Shown here piece by piece: positions 49,621 to 63,177 of a DNA stretch of 64,000 bases. The stretch is from Gnetum montanum (lineage: Eukaryota > Plantae > Gnetophyta), in the NCBI GenBank assembly GCA_015680685.1, contig MNCI01001921.1, forward strand, positions 200,662-264,661. Direction: 5' to 3'. A model generated the notes under the pieces. That model searched no databases. It was not told the DNA's origin and saw only the letters and a program-made list of their open reading frames with translations. The position numbers and the translations under genes were made by a program. The first letter of the stretch is position 1; each line of letters starts with the position of its first letter.

Positions 49621-52600
49621 CCTTCACCCAAATTCACAATCCAAAATATTTCCAAAAATGTTTTCCAAAATCTTTTCCAACCAATTTTCAAAACATTTTC
49701 TAAAGATTTTCCAAAATTAAGTCTACTACATTTTAAGATCCAAAACTTGCAAGCATCTACCCATAAAACCAGCATTGGTATTCAAATTTCTAAAACTAAA
49801 TACCTAGCATAGTTGTTATGGGTGATTTGTATTTTTAGATAATTTTCACAAAATTTTTTGGACCTTCTAAGGCTAACATAGTTAACACTTGAGCTTGAAA
49901 ACCCCACATTCAGGATATCCTAAAAACCAAAGCAGCTCCATCCAAAAACCAAAATTCATCCACTATGAAATTTTGTGGAAAACATAGTGTAGACACTTCA
50001 GGGACTCTAGTGTAGTCCTTGGAAAACCCAAAATTCTCACACTAGATTTTTCAAAGCTAATGTATAGCCTCTAGGATGGAAAAATTCCTAACTTGGTTTA
50101 CTAAGAATAAACCCATTTCTTACCATCTACCTCAACATACTTGGCTATAGAATACACTAGTCTACTGCACATCCTCCAACATACACATTTCTGAAAAAAC
50201 TAGCATAGTTGCGCTTTCCAACTTCCACAACTTTCACAACGTTCCAAATGTAGTACACATCACTACCGCTGCAACCTACATTATACTTGTAATTGCAGTT
50301 TACACCATTTTTTCATCACAACCCCTTACATCTTGAACAATTCCACTTGTTGGAATTTTTATTCATAAAATTAATTAGAAAATTTATTAAACTAATTTTA
50401 AAATGAACAACTATGTCTTTCAACCAATCAACCATTTAGCCCCTCAACTTGACCAACATGGCATCTAACCAAGATGCTATGAGTGTTTATAACCCTAAAG
50501 ACCATACTATAGCTGAGTGCATGTAATTACTTAGGTTAAGGGGGAAAAGCCTATTTTTATTCATAAATAAAGATCATTACAATTCCATTTGTGCCAAAAT
50601 CCAAGCTGGGTTACTCATTCTACGAATGGATGCCAAGGCCAAGCGTGAGTATGAGTTAATACATCGAAATGAAAAGCAGTGCATACCTACCTCCTATGTG
50701 AAGATACCACTCAATGACACATATGCATGTAGACTAAATCATCTAACTAAGATGGAAAAATAGAGTAAAAAGCTCAATTCATAAAGCCACCGTTAAGAGC
50801 AAGATGAGTTTGAGGTTAAACCTAAAATGGAAAATTTTATAGGAAGCCTTTTTCAATAATCGACACATAAAACCATTGCACTTACTTCAACCTCCCCAAC
50901 CACTTCCATAGGAAAAGTACCTCAACCTTTGTCTCCTATCTATCCAACCATGTTTTGGTTATCACTCATTATAGTGATGCATTAAGCATAATTGGTATCC
51001 CAAACCACATCCATTTTCTCATCCATGTTGTTCACCATACAACTATGGTCATCTCAGCCATCATTTGTGCTTATCACCATCACTCATTCATTTGTCATAA
51101 CAATGGACCTTAACATGGGATCCCAAATAATCCAAGGGTTACAAAACCCCTTTGTTCCTTGTACTAACTCCAACCACTTTCTCACTATTCAACCCACCTA
51201 CAACCATGATGGCCCAACCTCTTCCTTTGGTCTCATAATCCATCGTGAGGCCATAAGCATTGGAGGTCATACCATAGCCATTTATACAGATGCCACAACC
51301 TATTGGGATGCCCCAAGGGCTAGATCAAGCATTCCAAATGACTTAGGATCTTACAAAAGAGTTATGAAAGCTTAAGGCTTCCACAACTCAGATGGTGAAG
51401 ATTATGGATTTCTATCAAAACAACCCAATTAGTCCTACCATCCCATAGATAACTCCTTCATTGGACATTCCTATATCTTAATTTACCAAGTATAATGGTG
51501 CGGATGACCCTAATGCACACCTTATTACATTTTGTTTTGAGTGTTTTTTGTTGCAATCCTAGACACATACTATAAAGCAAATATTCCCTATGTTCCTAAT
51601 AAGGAAGGCTCCAGATTGGTATCATGCATTACCAAGAGGATCTATATCCTTGCTTGAGGACCTAATATTCTAATTCATTAACCACTTCAAGTTTAACTTG
51701 AAGCGCAATATGACTCTTGAGAAACTAATGAAGGTCAAGCATGGACCCCTTGAGCCTATTCAAAAATTTATACAATGATAAAATGCTCTTCTTAAATCAA
51801 TAGTCGAAACCCTTATTGTTGTTATATTCAAGGGGATGGTTAATAATTCCATTAAGTCCAAACTCTAATACATAGGCCCATGGCCACTTAGCTAGGTGTT
51901 TTCTCAAACAAAGAACATAGAGGATGCCATGGAGACTAGCCATGACCCTGCCTACATGGTATATAATAATCAACACATTCAGACAGATAAGGATAAGGGT
52001 AGGTAAAATAATGTATCCATGGCCACTATGGACAAAGATAACAAAACCACATAGGAACTTAAAACAAATAAACCCAGGGTTCCCATAAAGAATAAACAAC
52101 TTTCAACATCTGGGACCTCTACATTAGGCAACACAAGGTCCAATTTCAAATGAAAAGACTAGACTAAGTATAGTAGAATATCATTAAAACCATATGATCT
52201 CCTTGACTAGTTGTTAAAGAGTGTGAGAATACAGTATAAACAAATGATCAAGAGTGCTTGAAAGAGGCATGATAAGCTATGTGATATTTCCAAGAACCCA
52301 ACTCTTGCAACTAAGGATGACCTACTAGTACCCAAGTACTTTAAACTTGATTAATTTTATCATTATCATCAACTACCAATTCATGATACCTATTCTTGTT
52401 TGGCCCTTAAGAATGGCCTACAAAAAATGGTAGATAATGGGAAGTTGATCATTGATGCATCTAATCTAGTTAGACCACAAAACCAATCCATACAAGTCTA
52501 CAAGGACCCATTGAATTCTAATAGTAGCCCATACAATATAGCAGTGCTTCATATGACCAACAACTCTAGGCTTGTGCAAGAGCCATTTGTGATTCAGATA

Positions 52601-53158
52601 TCTCTTCATAACAATAAGGGTCCTTCAACTTATTCTAGTTCAAAGTTCCATTTTTTGTAAGGATACCATCATCTATACCTCCCAAGGATCCTTTTGTTAT
52701 TAGGCTACCCCCTCCTATTTAAGCCAAACCAATCATTACAACTACACAATGTGCTCCTATGATGGCTAATGAAAAGGCTTCTTCCCAACAAAACAAAAAT
52801 AAAAAAATTTAATAACAAAACAATGTAAGAAGCCCATGCTCAAGACTAAAAATAAAAACAATAAACAAGACAAGGCATGGAAGGAAGTGCACCCACTGAA
52901 GCTCACTCCTATCTCATCTATCCTAATGAGCTCTAATGCTCAGGCCACTCATACCAGTCAATCATGGGAGAAGCCCAAAGAATAAGGAAATGGAAAATAT
53001 TCTTAAACACAACCCCTTAAGCATGAAGTTCACACCTTAAGGGACATGAAGGAATTCAAGAACAACAAGAACAAGATGTTGACAACCAATGACAAGGACT
53101 TCCTAAATGCCATGAAGCAAGTCAAATAGTCTCTAAAGTAAAAGAATACATTCCTTAG

Positions 53159-54013
53159 TGATGAATTGTATTTTACATGAGCCATGATATCAGGGTGGCC
53201 ACAATATTTGGTACGCGATAACATGGCCCAAGATGCGATATTGAGCATGAAATATTGTAGGGTACTCCTAGGCTTATAAATATAGTCCTTGGGCACATGA
53301 TTTAGTAGTAGTTTTTGAAGTCAAGTAGCAAAATTCTTACAGCTTTTCCATTCGAGAGTTAAAATATTTTTCAAGTGCCCATAGTAGGAGGTCCAAGTGT
53401 AATTGAATCTTTATTCAAACATTGATGTACTTGAACACACCATTGTGTTGGAAATAAAGAAAGCTCTTTGATTCATCCTTATAGCACTTGAGAGTTTCTT
53501 TCTTTATGGATTTATACATTGTGATTTCATGCAGTTCACATTTAACATTATTCGTTTAGAAATTAATTTTGATTAATTAAGAAATTAATTTAAATACACA
53601 AGCATGACTCCTTTGAAAATATGTCTGAAACTTGGTAGCTTAGAAACGGTTAGCATTTGACAACCCAAAAGTGTTTACAAGAAGTTCACGATGTGTTCAG
53701 GAAGTGGGAATGGTTACTTATGGTAGGGTAGATTAAGAAATAGTTCACTTAGCATTTAATTACCCTTAGTGTTATTATTGTTTTAGGTGATCAAATTAAT
53801 AAAACATAAAATCATAAAAATCTTATGCCTCAATCACACTTAAGCATACACTTGCATTTCACAAGTGAGACTGGGAAGACAATGAACGGAGAACATGAAC
53901 TCATCATTTAGCTCTAGCCTACTTGATAATTAAAGTCTATGGAATTTGACTAGATCGCACGTGAACACCTATGCTTCATATGGTTGGGTGTAGGAGTACC
54001 TCACCACTCATCA
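53159..54013 (+). repeat. 5' LTR of element B
   Basis: TGATGAATTG...CACTCATCA; TATAAATA at 53275; aligns with the 3' LTR. Confidence 0.93.
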
Positions 54014-54014
54014 T

Positions 54015-54032
54015 TAGTGCTATTGCTAAGGA
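54015..54032 (+). promoter_or_regulatory. PBS, tRNA-Asp type (decayed)
   Basis: TAGTGCTATTGCTAAGGA differs from TGGCGCCGTTGCCGGGGA only by C>T/G>A transitions. Confidence 0.8.
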
Positions 54033-54249
54033 CTTTAGTTCTACGTGCACTATTTAAACTTAGTGAAACTTAGTAACCTCATTGATCAAACCCTAAAGGT
54101 CGAATCTTACAAAAATAAAATTATTATTACAACTAAATTAAATCTTAAACCACACACTGCATATAGATTCATTAATATAAAATTTCTTCTTCTCATAGGA
54201 ATCTATCTCTACCCAGTGTAGACCAATTTCCTGAACAACACCAGGTGGT

Positions 54250-57200
54250 ATATGCTCATCTTAATGAGTATGTACTAGACTTCACCTTCATCTTACATCA
54301 AGATGAAATGCTACGGTGGCATGACATGGAAGGAAACATTGTGTTTCCACCATATCAATCTATTCTAACTATGCTCCAACTAATGCTTGCATGACATGGA
54401 CTTCAACATCTTCATAAGGAGTATGAGATGCGAGATCCCGATTCAAGGGATTACCATCCCATTGAAGCACAAAGGTTAAGGGATTTTCAACTAGATAAAG
54501 AATATGAGCTTTTGAAAGGTAAGGGGTCAAATACTTTTCCACCTCCACTTGGCCCATTAGATGGAGGCAAATACTTCTCTAGTGACGTTTCCTTTGGTGA
54601 CACTCCTCTCTTTGAATTTGGTCAAGGGATCCTCAACTAGAATGTGAAATCCACAATTCATAATCTTGGTTCTAGTCAAAATGAATCCAATGACAAAAAT
54701 GGATCTAGAGGATCTAGTCATGACAAGGGGAAAAGTGGAAGTCATGATCGCAATCGTGATCACAATCATTGAAGAGATGGTCATAGGCATCAACATGATG
54801 TAGGTTCTCCTTCCTCTTTCCCTTCATCATCATCTTGTTCTTCATTTGGCTCAAATTGTGGATGCAGAGGGCATGACCATGATGGAGGTGACTGATGGGA
54901 TTGAAACAATAGAAGGGACCATTGGGATAGTCACAATTGGAGGTGTGGATGATCTAAAGAGACCCACCATCATGAAAGAAGGGTTAGTAGAGAACATAGT
55001 ATGCACCATCACTATTGCCTTGATGAATCTCTACATGCCACTCGAAGCATGTTAAACATTGTAGAGGCTATGAGAACTCCAACAAGACATGTAAAGGATA
55101 GCAGAATAAAGAGGCTATACATAAACAACATCCCTCAATTTGAGGGAGGCTATGATGTTGATCCACAAAATCATCTCCAAGACTTCCAGGATGCATATGC
55201 CTTGCAAAATATTGAGAACAATTAGTAGAAGTTGAAATTATTCCCAAGGCTACTCATTAAGGAAGTAGAAAAGTGGTACTAATCCTTGGAACTAGAATCA
55301 ATTAGATGGTGAAGTATGATGTTAGAATTATTTAATGAAGAATATCAAACATACTCCTGAGTATCCAATTTGAGGAAGTAGATCCAAGGATGGAAACAAG
55401 GAAACCATGAGTCCTTAGATACTACTATTGATCGATACTACTCTCTATTGCATAAGTGTCTTAGGCATGGATATTCTCATCTTGATCAACTTTGCCATAT
55501 TATAGACGAGCTATGATCCGAAACAAAGAAAACCCTTGGCATCTATGCTCAAGGGAGATTGATAGAGTTAAGCATCCATCAAATCCAAAAGTTAATTGAG
55601 TAGGTAGCCAAGGAGGAGGGAGAATTGAGAAAGCGAGAAATTGCAAAGGAATACAATAGGGACCCTTCCATTTGAAAAAGAGGGGTTCAATTTTGCAACA
55701 ATGAGGATGAGTTAACAAGAGATGAGGTGGCTAATCAGAATACCTTACCACTCTAGAAATTGTAGTTTGAAATTATGGCTAAGGTTGACCAATTATGGGA
55801 CTCCATGGACAATAGGTTTCAAGTTATTCTAAAAATTGCTAAAGAGTCCAAGGAACAAAGTGATGAGCATGAGTGCTGAAGACATAAGAAAGCTGAACGT
55901 GCCATATCCAAGTGTATGGGTAAGATGGTTGTGATAGAGATAGTTGTAGATAATTAATTAGATGATGATGGTGGGTGTGACATTTGTCAATATGAACATC
56001 CCAAGGGATGTTGTCCAATTGTGTCATGCTTGCAAGAATATAGGGTGTATGCCTTACATCCATGACTTGCACAAAGGAAAATACCCAAAAGATTACCTTA
56101 TCCATAAGGAAAATCTCAATAGTTCCAACAACCATAGTAGTATTATCCAAGTGTAACTCCACCGAAACAGTATGAATTGTACCAATAGTGGTAGTAACCA
56201 CAATCATGGGTGTTGGCACCTCAAAGATGGTAGTACTCCTACTGGCAACCAAAGCCCTATGGTTATTATGTTCAGCAACCTTCATCTCCATGGGGCCCTT
56301 CTGGTCATGTTGCTGCTTACCAACCTCACCATTACCCTCTTGAAGTTTACCAATTGCCATATGCAAGGAGGGATGCCACCTACTATCTTCATGTTCCTCC
56401 TATTCCTACACCTACTCCTCTACCTCCTACATAGCTACCACCTACTCCATCCATGCAGGGTGAATTACCTACCCAACCATAGAAAATAAATGCTACAATG
56501 GCAATTAATCCACAACTAGTGAGCCAACCAAGTAGGTCAGAACCATGATCAATGAAAAGACCCTTATTTTGACCTTGCAGTTTACCAAAGCCCTCAAACA
56601 CACCAGTGATGAGTAGCCTTTCTCTTCCACCTTCCTTTGCATCACCTTTATCTTAGTCCCCTTCAAACAAAATCCTCTCTCAAATCCATACCATGTTGTT
56701 GACCTATGTTGTATCTGATTGGATTCAAGCCAGTAACCTACCTAAGAAGTTAGCAAATCCTAGGAGTCCCTTAGTACAAATTGTTGGGAATGAGCCTTGT
56801 AAAGCTCTTCTTGAATCTAGTTTCGATGTTAATATGATCTTTTATGAGATGTACACTATGTGAAACCTTCCTTCCTTAATGAAGAGAAACATCAGGCTGG
56901 AGCTGGTAGACCATTCCATCAATGTTCCATTGGGATTAGTAGAAGACATTGTGAGCACCGTTTATGGGTGGTCATCTCCTGCTAACTTCCTAGTAATCAA
57001 GGTGGAGAACTATAAGGGAGAATTACCAATTATTATGGGAAGGAGATGGTTAAGTAATGTTGATTCCAAAATGAGCACTAGACATCATTCCTTAAATATA
57101 TCCAAAGAAACTAAATTTGGAAAGATCAAAAAGAAGAGGGTTCCATGTATTATGTACAACAATTCAAGGTGCCATTGTGTGTAGAAGCTATGATCAATGA

Positions 57201-60200
57201 AGTAAATATCTATCTCTACATGCAAGCAATGTGCACCAAAAGTTGAAATCCAAAGATGTTTGTACATAGTAACCACAAAACAAGAAGGCACTTAGTGGTT
57301 GATAGCTTATTCTAGTAGTAGTACATTGTGCATGAAACCTACGAAGGGCCTAACATGTGATTATGTTGCAAGTATGGATAAACTTGAGCAAGTTCATTAC
57401 CAGCTCTCCGAGAGAGTAAATTATTATATCAATTAAGGAGAGTTGGAGATTCCTAACAATTTCAAACAAGAACCCCTTGAATTAAAGACACTACCAACCA
57501 AAATGAAGTATGTGTTCTTAAAAAATTGAAAGCTAGTCATTATTAATGCCAAACTTACTACAACATAAAATAGGATGTTGATGAATGTTGTGGAAAAATG
57601 GTTAGCAACCTTTGCCTAGTCATATTTTTAGCTCACAAGAATAGTTCCAAGAATTTGTTAGCATTGGATATATACTAACCTTTCCATTAAGCCGAAATGA
57701 CAGCCATAGTGACAATTGAATTCCAAAATTAAAGTAGCTTGTCAAAGAGGAGATCAAGAAACTCCTCAAGGTTGGATTCATCTACACTATTGAAAATAGT
57801 GAGTGGGTTAGCCCACTTGTGATCATGCCTTAGAAAGGAGAAAAATGGTGGGTGTGCATCAACTTCTAGCTGCTCAATATGGCAACTTTCAAAGATTATT
57901 TTCCATTGCCCTTTGTTGACTAAGTGTTGGAAACCATTTCTAGGCATAGCTACTACAGATTTTTGAATGGTTATAGTGGATATAATCAAATCCAAATTGC
58001 ACAAGAGGACTAGGCAAATATGACTTTCACAAGTCCTTGGGGGACTTTTGCTTACCATCAAATGTCACTTGATCTATGTAATGCCCCAACTACATCACAA
58101 CAATTAGTCCTTAGCATTTTTGAACAAAAAATTGGTAGTGGGGTAAAAGTCTTCATGGATAACTTTTCAAACAATGGAGCTATGTTCAAGAAAGCCCTAG
58201 ACTATCTTGAGCTGGTGTTGAGAAGATGTGTCAAAACAAAGCTCTGGCTCAATTGAAAAAAGTGCCATCTTATGGTCTAAGAAGGCATAGTCTTGGGACA
58301 CCATATCTCAAAAATAGGAATCAAAGTGGACCTTGGAAATATAATGGTCATCTAAGGAATAACCCATCAACCAAAGATAGTTAAAGAAGTGTTGTTATTC
58401 CTTGGTCATACTGGTTACTACTGGCACTTCATTGAGAAATTTTCCAAAATTGCTAAGCTGTTGGTTGAATTAACAAAGATATATGCACCATTTGTCTAGA
58501 CCCCTGCATGTGAAATGGCATTTCAGCAACTAAATTAGAAGCTTATTAAGACTCCAATTCTACAAACACTTAATTGGTTTAGGCCATTTCATGTGATTAC
58601 TGATGCATCAAATTATACTTTTGGGGTAGTGCTTATGTAGTTGGATGATCAAAAACATCCATATTACATTCACTGCATAAGCCAAAGTATTGTAGGTACA
58701 CAACTGAACTACACCACTATGAAAAAAGAGTTGATGATGGTGGTGTTTGCCTTAGAAAAGTTCAGGCACTATGTACTTGGTTATAAAGTGCTTGTACACA
58801 TAGATCATAGTGCCATCTCACAATGGTAGATCAAAATGGTGTAGAAATTATGATCATCAATCATTTATCATGACTAATATGGTACAACAAGGAGAAAGAG
58901 AGCCCCTTATCTAATCAATTTCCTAACGAATCTCTCTTTGCAAGGGCTACTAATGCATAAATTCCCAATGAACTAAGATGGTATGACCCCATTCTTACTT
59001 ATCTACTTAGGAAGGAATTACTGCAAGGGCTAGAAAACCAAGAAAAACAACAATTTCTTCACCAAGTTAAGTGTTTGATGGAAATCAACAAGAACCTTTA
59101 CAAAGTATGTTCCAATGGCTAAGTACACTGGTGTATCTCTGACATGGATCAACTACGCATTCTCCAAGATGCTCATAAAGGTCCTTGTGGGGGGCCATTA
59201 TGCTAGAAGATACATGACCATAAAAATCCTCATGGTAGGATATTACTAGCTAAAAATCTTCAAGGATGCACATCAGTTCATCTTCACTTGTGATCATTAT
59301 CAGAGAGATGGTGGAATGACAACTTGAATGGAGGGGCCACAACAATGGATTTGACCTCTTGATCCATTCAATATTTGGGGCATTAAATTTATGGGTCCCA
59401 TCACACCTATGTCAAATGGAATGCAATATATAATAGTCATGGTTGATTATTACACTAAGTGGGTAGAAGAAACAACCATCACCAATTGTACATCTACTAT
59501 TGCTACTTGATTTGTACAACAGAACATCATAAATAGGTTTGGTGTGCCTTATGTGTTAATTTCTGACAATGGAACTCATTTCATAGGTGCCACTTTTCAA
59601 AAAGTTATGCAACGCTTGGGGGTTGAGCACAAAATCACAACACCTTATCACCCTCAAGCCAATGGTCAAGCTGAATTCACAAATCAGGGGATTACAAAAA
59701 TTCTAACATGCACTATTAGCAAGTACCGAAGGGGTTGGAGCACCAAATTAAATGATTTCCTTTAGACCTATCACTCCACATGGAAGCCTCCCATAGGTTA
59801 TTCTCTCTATGAGATCATGTATGGAAAACTACCAACATTGCCCATTCAATCCAAGCTCTATACACTCTGTACAGCCTGTGACCTTGACATGGATCCAAGT
59901 TTAGCACAAAAGGAAAGATTAATGAACCTCAACTTGGTAGATGAAAACCAATTAATGGCCCTATCATCCAAAAAAATGCATAAGACATTCAACAAGAAAT
60001 TCCATGATCTCAAAATAAGAAAATTCAAGTTTCAACCAAGAGATAGGGTTCTCTACTAGAATCCTGCACATGTACCTCAACAAAACAAGTTTCAAATGTT
60101 GTGGAAAGGCCCGTATATTATTGAAGAGACATTTCCATCTAGGTCCATGATTATATATAAACTTGATAGCCTAGATAAAAATAAATTAGTCGACATCCAA

Positions 60201-60329
60201 CAACTAAAACCTTTCCATGAGCCCAAGCTATCCAACCCAACAAACACCTTGCAAGATGGACAACCACACTTAATCTTTCAAATCTCCTCCTTCCAACTTA
60301 CTCATGGGGGAGATGGACATCCACATTAA
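54250..60329 (+). pseudogene. gag-pol pseudogene of element B
   Basis: IPQFEGGYDVDP gag; CDICQYEHPKGCCP knuckle; protease PIIMGRRWL; RT VFMDNF; RNase H; integrase PYHPQANGQAE and WKGPY. About 60 bp are deleted in RNase H near 58818 relative to element A. Confidence 0.92.
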
Positions 60330-60953
60330 CACTTTAAGTGGCTCCTTAGTCTTTTTATTTTTTTTTTACACATTTTTGTTTTTACAAATTTTTGTTTTCA
60401 TATTCATTATTTTACATCTTTTTGTTTTTGAGGTTATTGATCTTTTATAAGTTTTTGTTTTACACCATCATTAGTATATTTAATATTTCTTGAATATATT
60501 TTAATTTATTTTATATTTTCTTATGTTTGGTATAATTCTCTACTCTTTTTGCTAATAAGGTGCCAGGTACAATGATAATGTTCTACTCAATGGTGGTATG
60601 TATCATTTGTGATTTGATTGTTGATGTCTAGTTTTTTGACCTTAATATCTTTACTAACAACTAGGACACGGTTTCTTTTCATGTAACAGGTAGTGATTCA
60701 ACATCATCCATCCATCCATACTCTATTGTTCTCCTTGTTTTCAAAATGTGTAGTCCCTTTTTCATTAATACAAGTTTAATAAATTTGTGACTTGTGTAGT
60801 TTCTAGAATTGGGAAAGATTTAATGGTTAGGATAGGGTGTGGCTTCAAAGGGATGTGATATTCTTCATGATTTTCCATTTTCCTATGTGTGGGAGTGTTC
60901 TCATGAACTCCTCACCATTCTGTGTCATTCCATAATAAGAAATTGAATAAGTC

Positions 60954-61145
60954 CTTGCATGGTGTGATACTCAGAGAAAAAACAAAAAAATAGATAGAAA
61001 GAAGAAGATGAGAATTCAAAGTACATCCCTTGGACAAAATAAATGAAAAAATGCATGGGTCTTTGCATGGTGTGGTTCCAATTCAAAAAAATAAAAATAA
61101 AAATAAAAATGAAAATTCAAAGTACACCCCATAGACCAAATAAAA
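60954..61145. repeat. Tandem duplication (~107-bp period) in the 3' UTR of element B
   Basis: TTGCATGGTGTG...AATTCAAAGTACA...GAC(A/C)AAATAAA occurs twice; element A has a single copy (~1115-1190). Confidence 0.75.
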
Positions 61146-62336
61146 GGGCTACAAGCACTGGCTATGGGACTTTTCTTGTCTCCTCTAACTAAGGCCCTTT
61201 CTCACTTCCTATTTCTTCTCCAATTAGGAATGGTGGTTGTTTTGTGTGAGCATTCCTATGTCTCAGGGGATGGACTAGTCTTAGAATATCGATGCAAGAT
61301 CATTGAAAGTGGTTGGTTTTGGTCTAAACTAAGGATGGATTCTATTGAGTCATTTAATCACAAACTCTACAAGGGACTTCATGTGACCATAATTAGAAAC
61401 TCCATTCTATTCTCTCTCTCATCCATCTATGCTTTTCATGCCTCACTACCAGTTTCATGTTTTGATTCGATGTTCTGGTTTGATGTGTCGAGATTCTCAG
61501 TTAGTTACATCTAGGTTTTTTTCCTTAAAGTTCCATAACCATTAATCATTCATGCTGCCCACAAACTCCTTGATTTCAAGTTATGCAAGGGCATAAAAGG
61601 CCTGTGCCTACTTTGGTGAGGACCCACTTGCATATCTTTTGGTTTCGTTAAGTTAAGTTCTTTAACCTTAGACATTTTTACAATTGAATTATTTTTATTT
61701 ATTTACCCCATCAATTCCATCGGGTTATGCACACCTTCACAACTATTTTTAGTGAATACTTTCCTTTTATTGTTATGAATTTCTATACCTTCTTTTTAGT
61801 ATTCCTTATGTTAAGCTTTTTTTAAATTTTATGGATTTTTTCTCTTACTTAATCTATTTTTCAATCTTCCCCTTAACATTACCAAGCAACCAATCTACCA
61901 AAATCACAACTTAGCTAGATAAAATCACTAACAAGAAAAGGTATTCAACCACTATGTGTTACACTTTATATACTAATGCTTGATTTGTTGTGATTGCAGT
62001 GGGAAGCATGGACTAGAAGTGAGACTATCTTCACCAAGGATGGTGTAGCAATATCACTCATGGGAGATTGTTCATGACCACTAGATCTCTTCTACCTCTC
62101 CAACTCTCTTTTGTTGCCAAGAGGGGTTGGATGTCCATTGGATTCAAGGGTGTTCTTTTTTGTTGTTATGAACACCCAATTTTGTACACAATTGTAATGA
62201 TGTATGCTGGAGCACTTCTGTATTTGTCTATTTTCTCTATGTCACTCTGCATATTAGTCAAACATTCCATACCTCCTAATATATTTTGTAAGGAACTTGT
62301 TCCTCTTCTTCTATACTTGAGGATGAGTTTTCATTC

Positions 62337-62349
62337 AGTTGTGGGGGTA
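62337..62349 (+). promoter_or_regulatory. PPT of element B
   Basis: AGTTGTGGGGGTA immediately before the 3' LTR. Confidence 0.8.
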
Positions 62350-63177
62350 TGATGAATCATGTTTTTCATGAGCTCCGATATTAGGGTGGTCACGATATCA
62401 GGTACATGATATCGAGTACACGATATCATGGCCCAAGATGCAATATTGGGTATGCGATATCATAGGGTACTCCTGGGCCTATAAATACAACCCTTGGGCA
62501 CATGATTCAACAGTAGTTTTTGAATTCAAGTAGCAAAATTCTTGTAGTTTGTTCATTGAAGAGTTAGAATATTTTCCAAGTGCCTATAGTAGGAGTTCTA
62601 AGTGTAATCAGGTCTTTATTCAAGTATTGATGTACATGAACACACCATTGTGTTGGCAATAAAGATGAGCTCTTTGATTCATTCTTGTAACACTTGAGAG
62701 TTTCTTTCTTTATACATTTATACATTGTGATTTCATGTAGTTCACATTTAACGTTATTCATTCAACAATTAATTTTGATTAATTAAGAAATTAATTAAAA
62801 TACACAAGCACAACTCCTTTGAACATACGTGTGACACTTGGTAGCTTAGAAATGGTTAGTATTTGACAAACAAACAATGTTTACATGAAGTTCAATATGT
62901 GTCCAGGAATTGGGGATGGTTACTTATGTTGGGCTAGATTATTGTTTTATGTGATCAAATTAATAAAACATTAAATGATAAAAATATTATGCCTCATTCA
63001 CACCTAACCATACAATTTCTTTTTACAAGTGAGACTAGAAAGAAAATGAATAGACAACACAAACTCACCATTTATCTCTAGCGTACTTGGTAATTAAAGT
63101 CTATAGAATTCAACTAGATTGCATGTGAACACTTGTGATTCATATGGTTGGGCATAGGGGTACCTCTCCACTCATAA
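62350..63177 (+). repeat. 3' LTR of element B
   Basis: TGATGAATCA...CACTCATAA (terminal CA mutated to AA); followed by the TSD. Confidence 0.93.

Larger units (their letters stand above)
53159..63177 (+). mobile_element. Full-length Athila-type Ty3/gypsy element B with 5-bp TSD CTTAG
   Basis: LTRs 53159-54013 and 62350-63177; CTTAG at 53154-53158 and 63178-63182; PBS, gag-pol and PPT all present. Confidence 0.95.
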
